Positions 1 to 8,144 are shown, counted from the stretch's first letter. The stretch is DNA of 32,000 nt from Desulfobulbus propionicus DSM 2032 (GCF_000186885.1 NC_014972.1:180001-212000), one strand, 5' to 3'. Numbers and translations are program-made. The notes: generated by a model not told the origin, from the sequence alone.

Positions 1-275
1 CGAAAAGGATGACTCTTGACCAGTCAGTTGGCAGAGTGGTTGGAAAATCAGGGCGAGAAGGATCTAGGGACGCTGTTGTCCAGTTTGCCTGGAACGCGAC
101 ACAAAAGAAGAGAGCGTGAAGCTGATGCCTTGTGTGTTTCGTGTGGCGTGAAAGAACCGAAAATCAGCTGCAGACAGGTTGCTGGGAGACAATGCCTATC
201 CTTCCACGCAGCTCACATAAATGCGCCCAAAAATGCGACTAAATAATATAAATAATTAAAAATAAAGATATTTAT

Positions 276-325
276 CAGGATTCCTAATCCTGGTGCCGCA
301 GGTTCGAATCCTGCCTGGAGCACCA
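276..325 (+). tRNA. Orphan 3' fragment of tRNA-Arg(CCT): anticodon arm, variable loop, T arm, 3' acceptor strand, ACCA. No 5' half. Probable att core or integration scar.
   Basis: CAGGA-TTCCTAA-TCCTG (anticodon CCT, U33, A37), GTGCC, GCAGG-TTCGAAT-CCTGC, CTGGAGC-A-CCA. The upstream sequence is AT-rich, with no D arm and no complementary GCTCCAG. Confidence 0.7.
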
Positions 326-362
326 CAAAAACAATGAGTTGGTCGATTGTCTAAAAACTAAA

Positions 363-382
363 AATTGACACTAATTGACACT
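363..382. repeat. Perfect tandem duplication of the 10-mer AATTGACACT, next to the tRNA fragment
   Basis: AATTGACACT at 363-372 and 373-382. Each unit contains TTGACA. Could be arm-type recombinase sites or promoter elements. Confidence 0.6.
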
Positions 383-386
383 CGTG

Positions 387-424
387 AAAAGCCGTAGCAA
401 GCCAAGCTACGGCTTTTCTTTTTT
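387..424. terminator. Rho-independent terminator hairpin, plausibly bidirectional; ends the minus-strand lysis operon
   Basis: AAAAGCCGTAGC-aagccaa-GCTACGGCTTTT followed by CTTTTTT on the plus strand. On the minus strand the same stem is followed by TTTTCAC. Lies 40 nt past the endolysin stop. Confidence 0.75.
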
Positions 425-463
425 GGCCATTTGCTCGTATTCATTCATACCCTTGCCGCCCTG

Positions 464-1000
464 TTACGCCTCGTTAACCGATATACTCCCAGTAGCGGAG
501 AGCAGAACCCTGCGCACATTAGGGGGGACTCCGATTTTGTATTGTCGGCGCACGGCTATGCATCTTGATTTTACAATTCGCTTTATAGATACCGCATCGC
601 CCTGATTTCCGCCGAGAACGTGGTAACAATCTGAGTCTTCACCGACATACAGGCCAACGTGCCCACCTGATCCTCTCTTAAAAACAAGTACATCTCCGAG
701 CTGTGCAGAAGGTGACTTTGTCCCCCATTTAGCCCAGGATCTTGCCCAGAGAGGACTGTCCGGCATATCCTTTCCAGACCGACGAGCCACAATGGCCATA
801 AACAGCCCACACCAGGGAATAGAATCAGCGTTGTAACCTGCAATGTTACATTCCTCCGCCCAGGCCAGGATATCTGGATTGTTTTCCTCCCCAACCACTT
901 CTTGAGTCCCGTAAAGCCTCAAGGCCTCAAGCAGCATTCTGGGGGCTGGCTCATTGGCTAACCACGCATACTCTTCAGGCAATTTTTGCGATCCTGTCAT
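464..1000 (-). CDS. Endolysin, TIGR02594-like (NlpC/P60-CHAP-type cell-wall hydrolase)
   Basis: 178 aa. The pattern NPDI..WAEE...D.IPWCG.F....ARSWAKWG....GDVLVFKRGSGGHVGLYVGE....LGGNQGDAVSI matches my recollection of the phage-associated TIGR02594 family. AGGAGG RBS. Last gene of the late operon. Confidence 0.8.
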   Translation of the reverse strand: MTGSQKLPEEYAWLANEPAPRMLLEALRLYGTQEVVGEENNPDILAWAEECNIAGYNADSIPWCGLFMAIVARRSGKDMPDSPLWARSWAKWGTKSPSAQLGDVLVFKRGSGGHVGLYVGEDSDCYHVLGGNQGDAVSIKRIVKSRCIAVRRQYKIGVPPNVRRVLLSATGSISVNEA

Positions 1001-1088
1001 CCTGTCCTCCTTCAGTACGTTTTCCTGTATCGTGCAGCGTTACTGTAGAAAAACTATCAATTAACCTTCCCATTTTTAATCATATCAA

Positions 1089-1349
1089 TCAAGCATCAAC
1101 CTTTTCGGCTCCTGATTGCTCGCGGGTCTGTTTGAGCTTTGTACGTCCCCACGCGTAGATTCCGACAAGCGCTGGCAACGCAATATCCCCGCCAAGCAGA
1201 CCATGGGATCTCACCTGGATAGCCTCAGCCTGCTGCTGCATATCGCTTAACATGGCGATTATCTCCTTGATGTCAACACCAAGGAACTGCATCCCAACAA
1301 TGGCAATTACGGCCCACACCATTTTTCCCTCGCTGTTTCGCTCCATCAT
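1089..1349 (-). CDS. Putative holin
   Basis: 86 aa. Two hydrophobic segments (MVWAVIAIVGMQFLGV and LLGGDIALPALVGIYAW) and a charged C-tail. ATGA-coupled to the upstream ORF. Lies directly upstream of the endolysin. Confidence 0.5.
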   Translation of the reverse strand: MMERNSEGKMVWAVIAIVGMQFLGVDIKEIIAMLSDMQQQAEAIQVRSHGLLGGDIALPALVGIYAWGRTKLKQTREQSGAEKVDA

Positions 1350-1723
1350 TGCTCTCTCCTTTCCCCGTGTGGAGGGGGATAGATTTCAATCTTTCTTCGT
1401 TCAAGCCGCTCAAAAATAGCCTTGATATCTTCCTGCATTTCTCCGATCAGGGCTTGAATGACGGCGATGTTCGTCCGGATTTCCCCGGCCTGTTCCAACT
1501 GCTGCAGGGCCGCGGTGGACATGGACTGCTGCACGACCGTCAAAATTTCCTTTCGTAGATCGGCAACGATCTGTTCCTGGGTAGACTTGAGCGATTCAAG
1601 CTGTTGTTCGAACTCCCGGGATTTTCTGCCGGCTATAAAGGACCAGGTCGCCACGGCGATCAAGGCTGCGCTGATGGCGCCCAACACCTCACGCCACCAG
1701 CTTATTTCTTCACCTGTAGGCAT
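1346..1723 (-). CDS. Membrane-anchored coiled-coil protein (possible i-spanin-like or lysis accessory protein)
   Basis: ATG at 1723 preceded by GAAGGAG. 125 aa with an N-terminal TM (VLGAISAALIAVATWSFIAG) followed by heptad-rich sequence. The longer track ORF (to 1813) starts inside a relic of the J gene. Confidence 0.45.
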   Translation of the reverse strand: MPTGEEISWWREVLGAISAALIAVATWSFIAGRKSREFEQQLESLKSTQEQIVADLRKEILTVVQQSMSTAALQQLEQAGEIRTNIAVIQALIGEMQEDIKAIFERLERRKIEIYPPPHGERREQ

Positions 1724-1752
1724 CTTCTCTCCTTCATGGTCTCGCCATAGAG

Positions 1753-1807
1753 CCCGGACAGTGTAGGCGACCCCGGCCTCCGGGCCGATGTTGCCCTCGT
1801 CCTGGCG
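1753..1807. repeat. 55-bp direct repeat, copy A (relic of the J-like gene 3' region)
   Basis: 51 of 55 nt identical to 2965-3019 by hand alignment; all 4 mismatches are C/T transitions. Encodes RQDEGNIGPEAGVAYTVRA versus RQDEGNIGPEAGVTYAVRV in the J-like protein. Confidence 0.9.
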
Positions 1808-1837
1808 TCCCAATGCTGGTTTGTCCCATCGGGGGTG

Positions 1838-2278
1838 CTATAGGGTGGCGGCCAGAGTAAAAAGATTGTCAATTTCTTCGTTGGTCAAACCCATTGCCCC
1901 GGCTATCGTGGTCAGCGTCGGCCAGTCTCTCTGTATTTCCTGCGCGTACTCCCACTCAATCCGCGCCCGGTCTCCAGCATCTCCCGCCATGTTGGCAACG
2001 GCGGCCTCTGCTTGGGTCAAGAGTCCGGCCTGAAGCAGGGCCAGCCGCGCCTGGCGCATGGTCACCGATGGCGGCACCGGATCATTGACGGCGGCAGGGC
2101 ATGGCGCGATTGCACCAAACTCCCCGGCCATGGCCCGCTGGTACAGATCGCGGTTGTAGTCCTGCGGAGAGTCTGGGGTGGCGTGGAATGGGATCTCGCC
2201 AAGCTCGGCGAATGTCGCCAGCAGGTCGACCCCGCCGGTAGGCGTGGCAACAGGTTTTTTTGCTGAAATAAAATTCAT
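1838..2278 (-). CDS. Putative tail-fibre assembly or chaperone-like protein
   Basis: 146 aa, GAGGA RBS, immediately downstream of the small fibre gene. The C-terminal half (MRQARLALLQAGLL...ARIEWEYAQEIQRDWP) resembles conserved phage tail-accessory proteins as I recall. The call rests mainly on position. Confidence 0.35.
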   Translation of the reverse strand: MNFISAKKPVATPTGGVDLLATFAELGEIPFHATPDSPQDYNRDLYQRAMAGEFGAIAPCPAAVNDPVPPSVTMRQARLALLQAGLLTQAEAAVANMAGDAGDRARIEWEYAQEIQRDWPTLTTIAGAMGLTNEEIDNLFTLAATL

Positions 2279-2285
2279 GGGGTCC

Positions 2286-2705
2286 TCATGCTATTTTTTT
2301 GGCCGCGACGATGTTGTGCAAGCCGGAAGCAGGCGTTGATGGGCTAAGGATTTTCCATGTCCCGGAAACGGTTACTGCCGATTTGTAGGCCACCACGTTG
2401 CCGTTGTTGGTGAAACTGATATTCACCAGCCTGAGAACCGTGCCGCTAATTAGGTTGCCTGGGGTGAGTGTGGTGGTTGCCGTATCGTGCGTGACCAGGG
2501 TCACGGTCCCCACATCGTCATAGCTGGTGTTCAGCGCGGTCACGTTGCTGACGTCAGTGTTGGCCAGCGTGACCGCGCCGGTCTTTCCGGCGACAGAAGT
2601 TACCGCGTCAGGGTCCAAATGGCCGACATTGCCCTGCGCATCAAACGCCATTACCTTGGCTCCCGCCCTTGTCAGCGACGGGTTGGTTGAGATGATATTT
2701 TTCAT
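2286..2705 (-). CDS. Small tail fibre / receptor-binding protein
   Basis: 139 aa, AAGGAGG RBS. Contains the motif VTSVAGKTGAVTLANTDV, typical of phage tail-fibre repeats (V.SVNGKTG.V.L). Follows the J-like gene. Confidence 0.5.
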   Translation of the reverse strand: MKNIISTNPSLTRAGAKVMAFDAQGNVGHLDPDAVTSVAGKTGAVTLANTDVSNVTALNTSYDDVGTVTLVTHDTATTTLTPGNLISGTVLRLVNISFTNNGNVVAYKSAVTVSGTWKILSPSTPASGLHNIVAAKKIA

Positions 2706-2713
2706 TTTCCTCC

Positions 2714-4972
2714 TTAAAACAGGTAGACTCGATCGCCATCAAGAGCGATATACTCGCCATCGAGGGCAACGGCGTTTTGGTCGGCGTCGATGGCAACAGT
2801 GAGGCTCCACCTCTGCTGGCTGACAAGGCTCGCGCGAATGCTCTCAAGTTCAATCCTGACCGTTTCGACATCGGTGTGGCCGAGGGCGATTAGATCAGTG
2901 GTATCGCTTGTCCCGGTGATACCGGTTTGCTCCTTGAGCATCGCCCCCGTAACGGCGTCATAAACCCGGACAGCGTAGGTGACCCCGGCTTCCGGGCCGA
3001 TGTTGCCTTCGTCCTGGCGAACCAGGGTGACGGTCTGTTGCGTTCGATCCCGGTGCGCCCAGGTAATCGTTATGCCGTCCTGGATGTTGATCTTGTCAGG
3101 CCACCGCTGCCCATTGACCTGTACGTTGCCCGGCGGATAGGGCCGCATCATCCGCCCCACGCAGGTATGGGTGTCGGTGCTGGCGTCGGCCAGTTGCAAC
3201 CGCCCCTCGGCGGTGGACGGCAACAGCTTGATCTCCACCTGCTCGCCGACGGCGCGGTCGGTGCGGTCCAGGCCGAAGAACGATTGGTGGCACCACAGGA
3301 GGGTGCCGGCCGCATGGGCCACGGGGATGGTGTCGAGCACGCCCCGGTTGACCGTCAGGGTGCCATTGATGGCATCCATGGCGGTGATGGCCACCAGTTC
3401 GTCGCCCAATGCCGCATAGGTGCCGACCTTGACCAGATCGGTGTCGATATCCGCATCCTGCAACTGGATCACCGAGCTGATCTCCGGCGACAGCGGCATC
3501 GCCGTGGCGCTGACGAACGGGAAGGAGTCGGTATCCCGCTTGACGAACTCAGCGGCGCCCACGTTGCGGGTCCACATCTCATAGTTGAGGGCATCGCTGC
3601 TGGGGCGGTCGCAGCAGCAGGTGAGCATGGTGCTGTCGTCTTCCAGCTCGGCCAGCACGGCGGCGGACTCGCCGAAGAGGCGCACGAACTGCCACCAGGT
3701 GATTTCCTGGATTTTCCGCCGCACCGCATCGGCCGGCGCGGTCAGCGGGTTTGTCCACAGGCTTTCCGCCGGGGTGGTGATGGCCACCGGGCCCAGGCCG
3801 TAGACGTCGCGGGCCGCCTTGATGCGCAAGGTGCTGTCGGTGTACTCGCCGATCTCCACCTGGTTGACCCGCATGACCACGCCGGACAGGCCGATGGGCG
3901 GCCAATCGAAGACAAAACAGTCGCCGGGCTCAAGGCTCCAGTGCTTGCGGTTGACCGTAAGCGTGCAGGAGGCCAGGGGCATGGCCATCTGCTGGAGCTC
4001 GCGGGCCGCGATCTTGTGCGCCCACTCCTCGGTGGCGATGCCGGGCATTTCGACGGTGGCCTGGATGATCTGACCGCCGGCGCGGGTGATCCCGGCAATG
4101 TCCTGGACCGTGGTGGCCTGGGCCTGATTGGCCCGGTCCACCCATTTGACCGTCACCTGGTTGACCGCCTCGGCGGCTGAGGCAACGTAGTATTCCACCA
4201 GCTCCACCGCGCTGCGCTGGTCGATCACCGGCAACAGCGCCTTGGTGTAGTCGTTGCGGATCAGCTTGAGGGTGAGCAGGCCGGTGCGGTGGCTGAAATA
4301 GAGCACGCCGTCGATGTGGTCGAGGATGATGTTGAGGAAGTCCTCGATACTGCTGTCTCTGGCCCACAGGAGCGACAGGCCGAACCCCTCCTGCCGTGGG
4401 TCGGTGCCGGAGGCGAGAAAGTAGGCGGCGCTCTCGAACGAGGCTGTGTCCAGATCGGCCACCGGGTAGCCCAGCCCGCCCCAGGTGGTATTGGTCAGGG
4501 CCTCGTAGATGATGTGTGCCGGGTTCATATCCACGTATCCATCAGCGGCGACAATATCGGCCAGATCATCCCGCCAGCCAACCCTGGATCGCTGCCCCAG
4601 GATGGCCCACTCCTTGATGTACGGATTGTTGGCCGCCAAAAGGCACCGGCGGGCGATCAGTCCAAACAGCCCGCGGAATGCCGGAATATCATTGCCCAGT
4701 TTCTTTTGCAGATAACTGTTCTGCGGCTGGTCCGGCAGGCCAAAGCACACGTCGACATTGCCCTTGATGCCGCCTTCGCGGCCATCGCCGCCGAACAGGT
4801 TTGGCTTGCTGACGGCGATGGTCTGGTTGGCGGTCACCGCGCCTTCCCAGGCCCATTTGTCGCCGACCTTGATCTTGATGAGCTTGTCGAGCGCATGGCA
4901 GAACACCAGGTGCAGGCCCGCATAGTAGCGGTACCCGGTGACGTAACATTCATCCCCCTTGCCGCCGCCCAT
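2714..4972 (-). CDS. Host-specificity / tail-tip protein, J-like (main part of a split gene)
   Basis: 752 aa from the ATG at 4972 (TGATG-coupled). Starts MGGGKGDECYVTGYRYYAGLHLVFCH..IKVGDKWAWEG. The central NPAHIIYEALTN..WGGLGYP region resembles the lambda J / Phage-tail_3 core. Position fits after the gpL-like gene. Confidence 0.75.
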   Translation of the reverse strand: MGGGKGDECYVTGYRYYAGLHLVFCHALDKLIKIKVGDKWAWEGAVTANQTIAVSKPNLFGGDGREGGIKGNVDVCFGLPDQPQNSYLQKKLGNDIPAFRGLFGLIARRCLLAANNPYIKEWAILGQRSRVGWRDDLADIVAADGYVDMNPAHIIYEALTNTTWGGLGYPVADLDTASFESAAYFLASGTDPRQEGFGLSLLWARDSSIEDFLNIILDHIDGVLYFSHRTGLLTLKLIRNDYTKALLPVIDQRSAVELVEYYVASAAEAVNQVTVKWVDRANQAQATTVQDIAGITRAGGQIIQATVEMPGIATEEWAHKIAARELQQMAMPLASCTLTVNRKHWSLEPGDCFVFDWPPIGLSGVVMRVNQVEIGEYTDSTLRIKAARDVYGLGPVAITTPAESLWTNPLTAPADAVRRKIQEITWWQFVRLFGESAAVLAELEDDSTMLTCCCDRPSSDALNYEMWTRNVGAAEFVKRDTDSFPFVSATAMPLSPEISSVIQLQDADIDTDLVKVGTYAALGDELVAITAMDAINGTLTVNRGVLDTIPVAHAAGTLLWCHQSFFGLDRTDRAVGEQVEIKLLPSTAEGRLQLADASTDTHTCVGRMMRPYPPGNVQVNGQRWPDKINIQDGITITWAHRDRTQQTVTLVRQDEGNIGPEAGVTYAVRVYDAVTGAMLKEQTGITGTSDTTDLIALGHTDVETVRIELESIRASLVSQQRWSLTVAIDADQNAVALDGEYIALDGDRVYLF
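2965..3019. repeat. 55-bp direct repeat, copy B (inside the J-like gene, about 100 codons before its stop)
   Basis: See copy A at 1753-1807. Confidence 0.9.
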
Positions 4973-5217
4973 CAGACGCACCCCCCACGCTTGGCCGCCG
5001 CATCGCCTGCAATCGGCTCCCTGGTCCAACCGGTGGACGCGGCGAACTCCACCGCCGCGATGGCCATGGCGTCACCGGAGGCCAACAACAGCTCGGCATC
5101 CACCCCATCGTTCAGCACGTCCTGCCAGGCAATGCCCCGGCTGGCAAACCACCTGCGCATGCCGCGATTGCAGTATTCCAGTGCCCGGAAATGCCAGAGG
5201 TAAACACGCTTGTTCAT
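4972..5217 (-). CDS. 81-aa ORF inserted within the J-like gene (unknown function)
   Basis: MNKRVYLWHFRALEYCNRGMRRWFASRGIAWQDVLNDGVDAELLLASGDAMAIAAVEFA... The ATG overlaps the upstream stop (ATGA) and the stop overlaps the downstream ATG (TGATG). The track ORF (to 5445) is longer but antisense-shadowed. Confidence 0.5.
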   Translation of the reverse strand: MNKRVYLWHFRALEYCNRGMRRWFASRGIAWQDVLNDGVDAELLLASGDAMAIAAVEFAASTGWTREPIAGDAAAKRGGCV

Positions 5218-5450
5218 ATTTTCTTGCCGCCTCCACAGGATTCGATCGGCGTGGTCTTGATGTCGCCGTACCACACGCAGTTGGTCTTGCTGATCAGTCG
5301 GGTGCCGAACAGCACCGGCACCGGACTGGAAGAGTCCACGGTGGTCGTTTCCACGTCGCCAGGCGTCGGGGTCACCTGTGTGTACGGCTTGGGCCGCAAC
5401 AGATAGGAGGCAACCACCAGGACCGCGAGCACCACATATTGCCAAGCCAT
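5214..5450 (-). CDS. N-terminal fragment of the J-like tail-tip protein (78 aa)
   Basis: GGGAGG RBS. Hydrophobic N-terminus (WQYVVLAVLVVASYLL), then VPVLFGTRLISKTNCVWYGDIKTTPIESCGGGKKI*. The sequence continues naturally into MGGGKGDECYV... of ORF 2714..4972. Confidence 0.6.
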   Translation of the reverse strand: MAWQYVVLAVLVVASYLLRPKPYTQVTPTPGDVETTTVDSSSPVPVLFGTRLISKTNCVWYGDIKTTPIESCGGGKKI

Positions 5451-5459
5451 GCCGCCTCC

Positions 5460-6260
5460 CTACACCAATGCGTCGCCGCTGAACGGGTTCTTGGTGGGCA
5501 GATAGGGCAGCCCGCCATAGTTGACGATGTTGTTGAATTTGCCCCCGCAGTCATTCATGTCGTGGCGGCAGCCCGGCCACAGGGTCACCTCTGTCCCGGC
5601 CACCAGGCCGCCGATGGCATCGACCATGGTGATCGTCGCCCCCTCGTGGCCGTTGATCATCCGCAGTTCGGTCCCGGCCTGCAGCATGCCGCCGAGAAAA
5701 TACCCCGAGGCGAACGAGGTCAGCCCGTCGACGGTGAGCCTGCCGTCAATCACCTCCATCACGGTGCCGACCACCTTGCGGGCGTCGGCATTGATCCCGC
5801 ACGCGGCCGAGTAGAGCACATGCGGACACCCCACCTGGTACACCCGCCGCAATCCGGCCCGCTTGAACAGGGTGAAGGCCGAGTCGCTGGAAAGGGTGGC
5901 CACGGACCCGGCCCACTTGCAGCCGGTGATCCGGCCCTTCCAGAACAGCTGTTTCTCGCTGTCGCCGTGGTGCAGCCGGAAAATGGTCACGATCACCGTG
6001 CCGGCCAGCCAGCCGTCACGGAACAACAGGGCCACATCGTTGGCCGCGTTGATTTCGATGTCCATGGTGCTCCGCCGGGCATCGCCGCCCTTGGAGAACC
6101 CGCCGCGCTTGATGTAGACGGGCTGGTATTTCTCCTCAGCCAAACTCCCCACCTCATGGTCCGCGCTGGTGAACAGCCATTGCTGGGCGCCCACCGAGAA
6201 GCGGTACAACTCCAGCGGCTGGCCGGAAGAGTCGGATTCTTCATAGGTCGCGTAGCTCAT
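5460..6260 (-). CDS. Tail-tip protein, gpL-like (DUF2163 / BR0599-type)
   Basis: 266 aa from MSYATYEES (ATGA-coupled). The C-terminal WPGCRHDMNDCGGKFNNIVNYGGLPYLPTKNPF matches the Phage_BR0599 cysteine motif as I recall it. Confidence 0.75.
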   Translation of the reverse strand: MSYATYEESDSSGQPLELYRFSVGAQQWLFTSADHEVGSLAEEKYQPVYIKRGGFSKGGDARRSTMDIEINAANDVALLFRDGWLAGTVIVTIFRLHHGDSEKQLFWKGRITGCKWAGSVATLSSDSAFTLFKRAGLRRVYQVGCPHVLYSAACGINADARKVVGTVMEVIDGRLTVDGLTSFASGYFLGGMLQAGTELRMINGHEGATITMVDAIGGLVAGTEVTLWPGCRHDMNDCGGKFNNIVNYGGLPYLPTKNPFSGDALV

Positions 6261-7822
6261 GGCAGCACCACGATCGGCAGGGTGACCTCGGCACACTCGG
6301 CGGTCACCCAATGGACGGTAATCTCATCGCTGTCCAGGCGGCACAGCTCCAGCCAGGCGCAGCGGTTGAGCGCTTCTGCGGACACAGCCACCGGCAAGGC
6401 GGCGTCCAGGGTCAGCTTTTCCTCGCCGCTGGCCAGGGTCTCCACGCCGAGCACCTTCCGCCGGATGATTGTCCCATCGGTGGTGATCAGTTCAAGGTGC
6501 TGGCGGGCCGCGCTGTCCTTGAGGGCGTACTCGTAACCGATCGGCTGGATGACGATGGACGATGCGCCCGCTTCCGCCGGCACCGAGAGCTCGAACCCCC
6601 GGTCATTGGCGGCCAGCCAGAACGGCGCCAGCCGGCCGCCCCTGGCCTTGAGAAAGGCGAGAAAGGTGTTGATGTCGGCCCGGCCGACCAGCAGGAACCT
6701 GGCATCCCGGCTCAACACCGGCTCCTCGGATTGCACATCGAACTCCAGCACCCCGGTGTCGTTGTCCAGCCGCACCCACTTGTTGTCGTAGCCCTCCTCG
6801 CCATCCTCCCAGCTCGGCACGAACGGACACAGCGGCACATCCAGATACAGCTCCACGGCGCCCCCGGACGGTTCCCAACCGTCGTCCGTGGCCAGCAAGC
6901 TGAGCCGATAATCGCCCACGTCCTCGGTGAACCTACTGACTCGCCGCTGCTCCAGGGAGAGGCAAGAGCGGCACGGCGCCATCCAAGCCAACCCGGCCTG
7001 CCAGTCCCGGCCGAACGGCGCATCCACCGCCAAATAGGTGGCACCCACGCCGGTGATGGTCCGCACCTCGGCGGTCTGCCAATCGGTCCACACCGCCACC
7101 GGCGTACCGATGACGAAATTGTCCGAGCCCTCGGTGATCGGGATGGTGGTGGCCCCGGCGGCAATATCGCCAGTCAGCCGGAACGCATCCCGCCAGATCG
7201 GCGCGAACAGGTACCGGGACTTGCGCATCCCCAGCCAGGTCTCCAGCTGGCGGCGGCCAGCCCCGGACACCAGCATCCGCACCTCCCAAGTACGCCGAGG
7301 CAGGGTACGCAACTGGACCCGCTGCTCGGTGCGGTCATGGGCAATCATCACATCCGTTTTCCAGGCCAGCGACTCATCCAGCCCGTTCTCCCAGTTGTGC
7401 GGGAAGAACAGATAGCCGATGTCGCCGGAGAGCTGCGGCGGCCGGGTGCCAAGGATGGTCCACAGCGGATCGTTTGTGGCCGTGGTCAAAAAGCTGAACA
7501 GGGCCTCGAAGATGGCCGGGCCTTCGGAGTCGACCGAGACAACGATCCTCTGGCTTGTGTGTGGCGCGATGGTCGCCGGAGTGGTCAGGTCAAGGCCGAT
7601 CCCCTCCACCTGGCCCGAGGCGTTAATTGCCGACACGGTCCGGGCAACGCTCTCGCCGTTGTGCAGATACACCGGAAACGCCTGATCCTTGGACACCAGC
7701 CCCATATCAAACCGTTCCGGCCGGATGTACCGGGTGAACAGCGCCGTCTCCAGGTTGGTTGTCCTGGCGCTCAACCCGGACAACGGCACCATGGACATTT
7801 GCATGATTGTTCCTACCGGCAT
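6257..7822 (-). CDS. Minor tail / distal-tail or tip-complex protein
   Basis: 521 aa, immediately upstream of the gpL-like gene and coupled to it. No motif recognised with certainty. Called by synteny. Confidence 0.45.
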   Translation of the reverse strand: MPVGTIMQMSMVPLSGLSARTTNLETALFTRYIRPERFDMGLVSKDQAFPVYLHNGESVARTVSAINASGQVEGIGLDLTTPATIAPHTSQRIVVSVDSEGPAIFEALFSFLTTATNDPLWTILGTRPPQLSGDIGYLFFPHNWENGLDESLAWKTDVMIAHDRTEQRVQLRTLPRRTWEVRMLVSGAGRRQLETWLGMRKSRYLFAPIWRDAFRLTGDIAAGATTIPITEGSDNFVIGTPVAVWTDWQTAEVRTITGVGATYLAVDAPFGRDWQAGLAWMAPCRSCLSLEQRRVSRFTEDVGDYRLSLLATDDGWEPSGGAVELYLDVPLCPFVPSWEDGEEGYDNKWVRLDNDTGVLEFDVQSEEPVLSRDARFLLVGRADINTFLAFLKARGGRLAPFWLAANDRGFELSVPAEAGASSIVIQPIGYEYALKDSAARQHLELITTDGTIIRRKVLGVETLASGEEKLTLDAALPVAVSAEALNRCAWLELCRLDSDEITVHWVTAECAEVTLPIVVLP

Positions 7823-7823
7823 A

Positions 7824-8141
7824 TTATGGCCTCATATAGGTGGTGAGACCGTACCGCCACTGGTCGATCATGCTAACCTCCCCGGTGGAATTGGCAATCG
7901 TCCAATGCACGACCTCGATCGGCACGGTGCTGGTGAGTGTTCCGGCTGCCGGAGTCCCAAGACCGCCTGCGGTGTAATCGGCGGTGGCCGGGATGTCGCG
8001 GTAGCCATCCACCGTTTTCGTAGCCGGGCAGAAGCTCACCCCGGACTCCAGCCCCGCATGGCCAGCAAACGGCACGACATGGCCGTAAATGGTCTGGTGA
8101 ATGATTTGAAGGCTGTGCCGCCAAAGCAGGTCTTTGGTCAC
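7824..8141 (-). CDS. Hypothetical tail-module protein (GTG start)
   Basis: 105 aa. Packed between neighbours (3-nt gaps). GTG start with no clear RBS. Confidence 0.35.
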   Translation of the reverse strand: MTKDLLWRHSLQIIHQTIYGHVVPFAGHAGLESGVSFCPATKTVDGYRDIPATADYTAGGLGTPAAGTLTSTVPIEVVHWTIANSTGEVSMIDQWRYGLTTYMRP

Positions 8142-8144
8142 GGC

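Noticed and set aside
16-246. 76-aa plus-strand ORF at the left edge (TTG start), considered as an integrase C-terminus or flank gene
   Set aside because: No tyrosine-recombinase motifs appear in any frame of 1-270. The sequence is undistinctive and the start is TTG. Left unannotated.
1753-3019. The 55-bp repeat pair as template/variable repeats of a diversity-generating retroelement
   Set aside because: All four mismatches are C/T transitions rather than adenine-specific substitutions. The repeat is short and no reverse transcriptase is present in the window.
4972-5217. The insert in the J-like gene as an intein or self-splicing intron
   Set aside because: The flanking ORFs are in different frames (the insert is 265 bp, not a multiple of 3). 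The ORF has its own start and stop coupled to its neighbours and is too small for intein or homing-endonuclease domains. I could not identify intron-like structure by eye.
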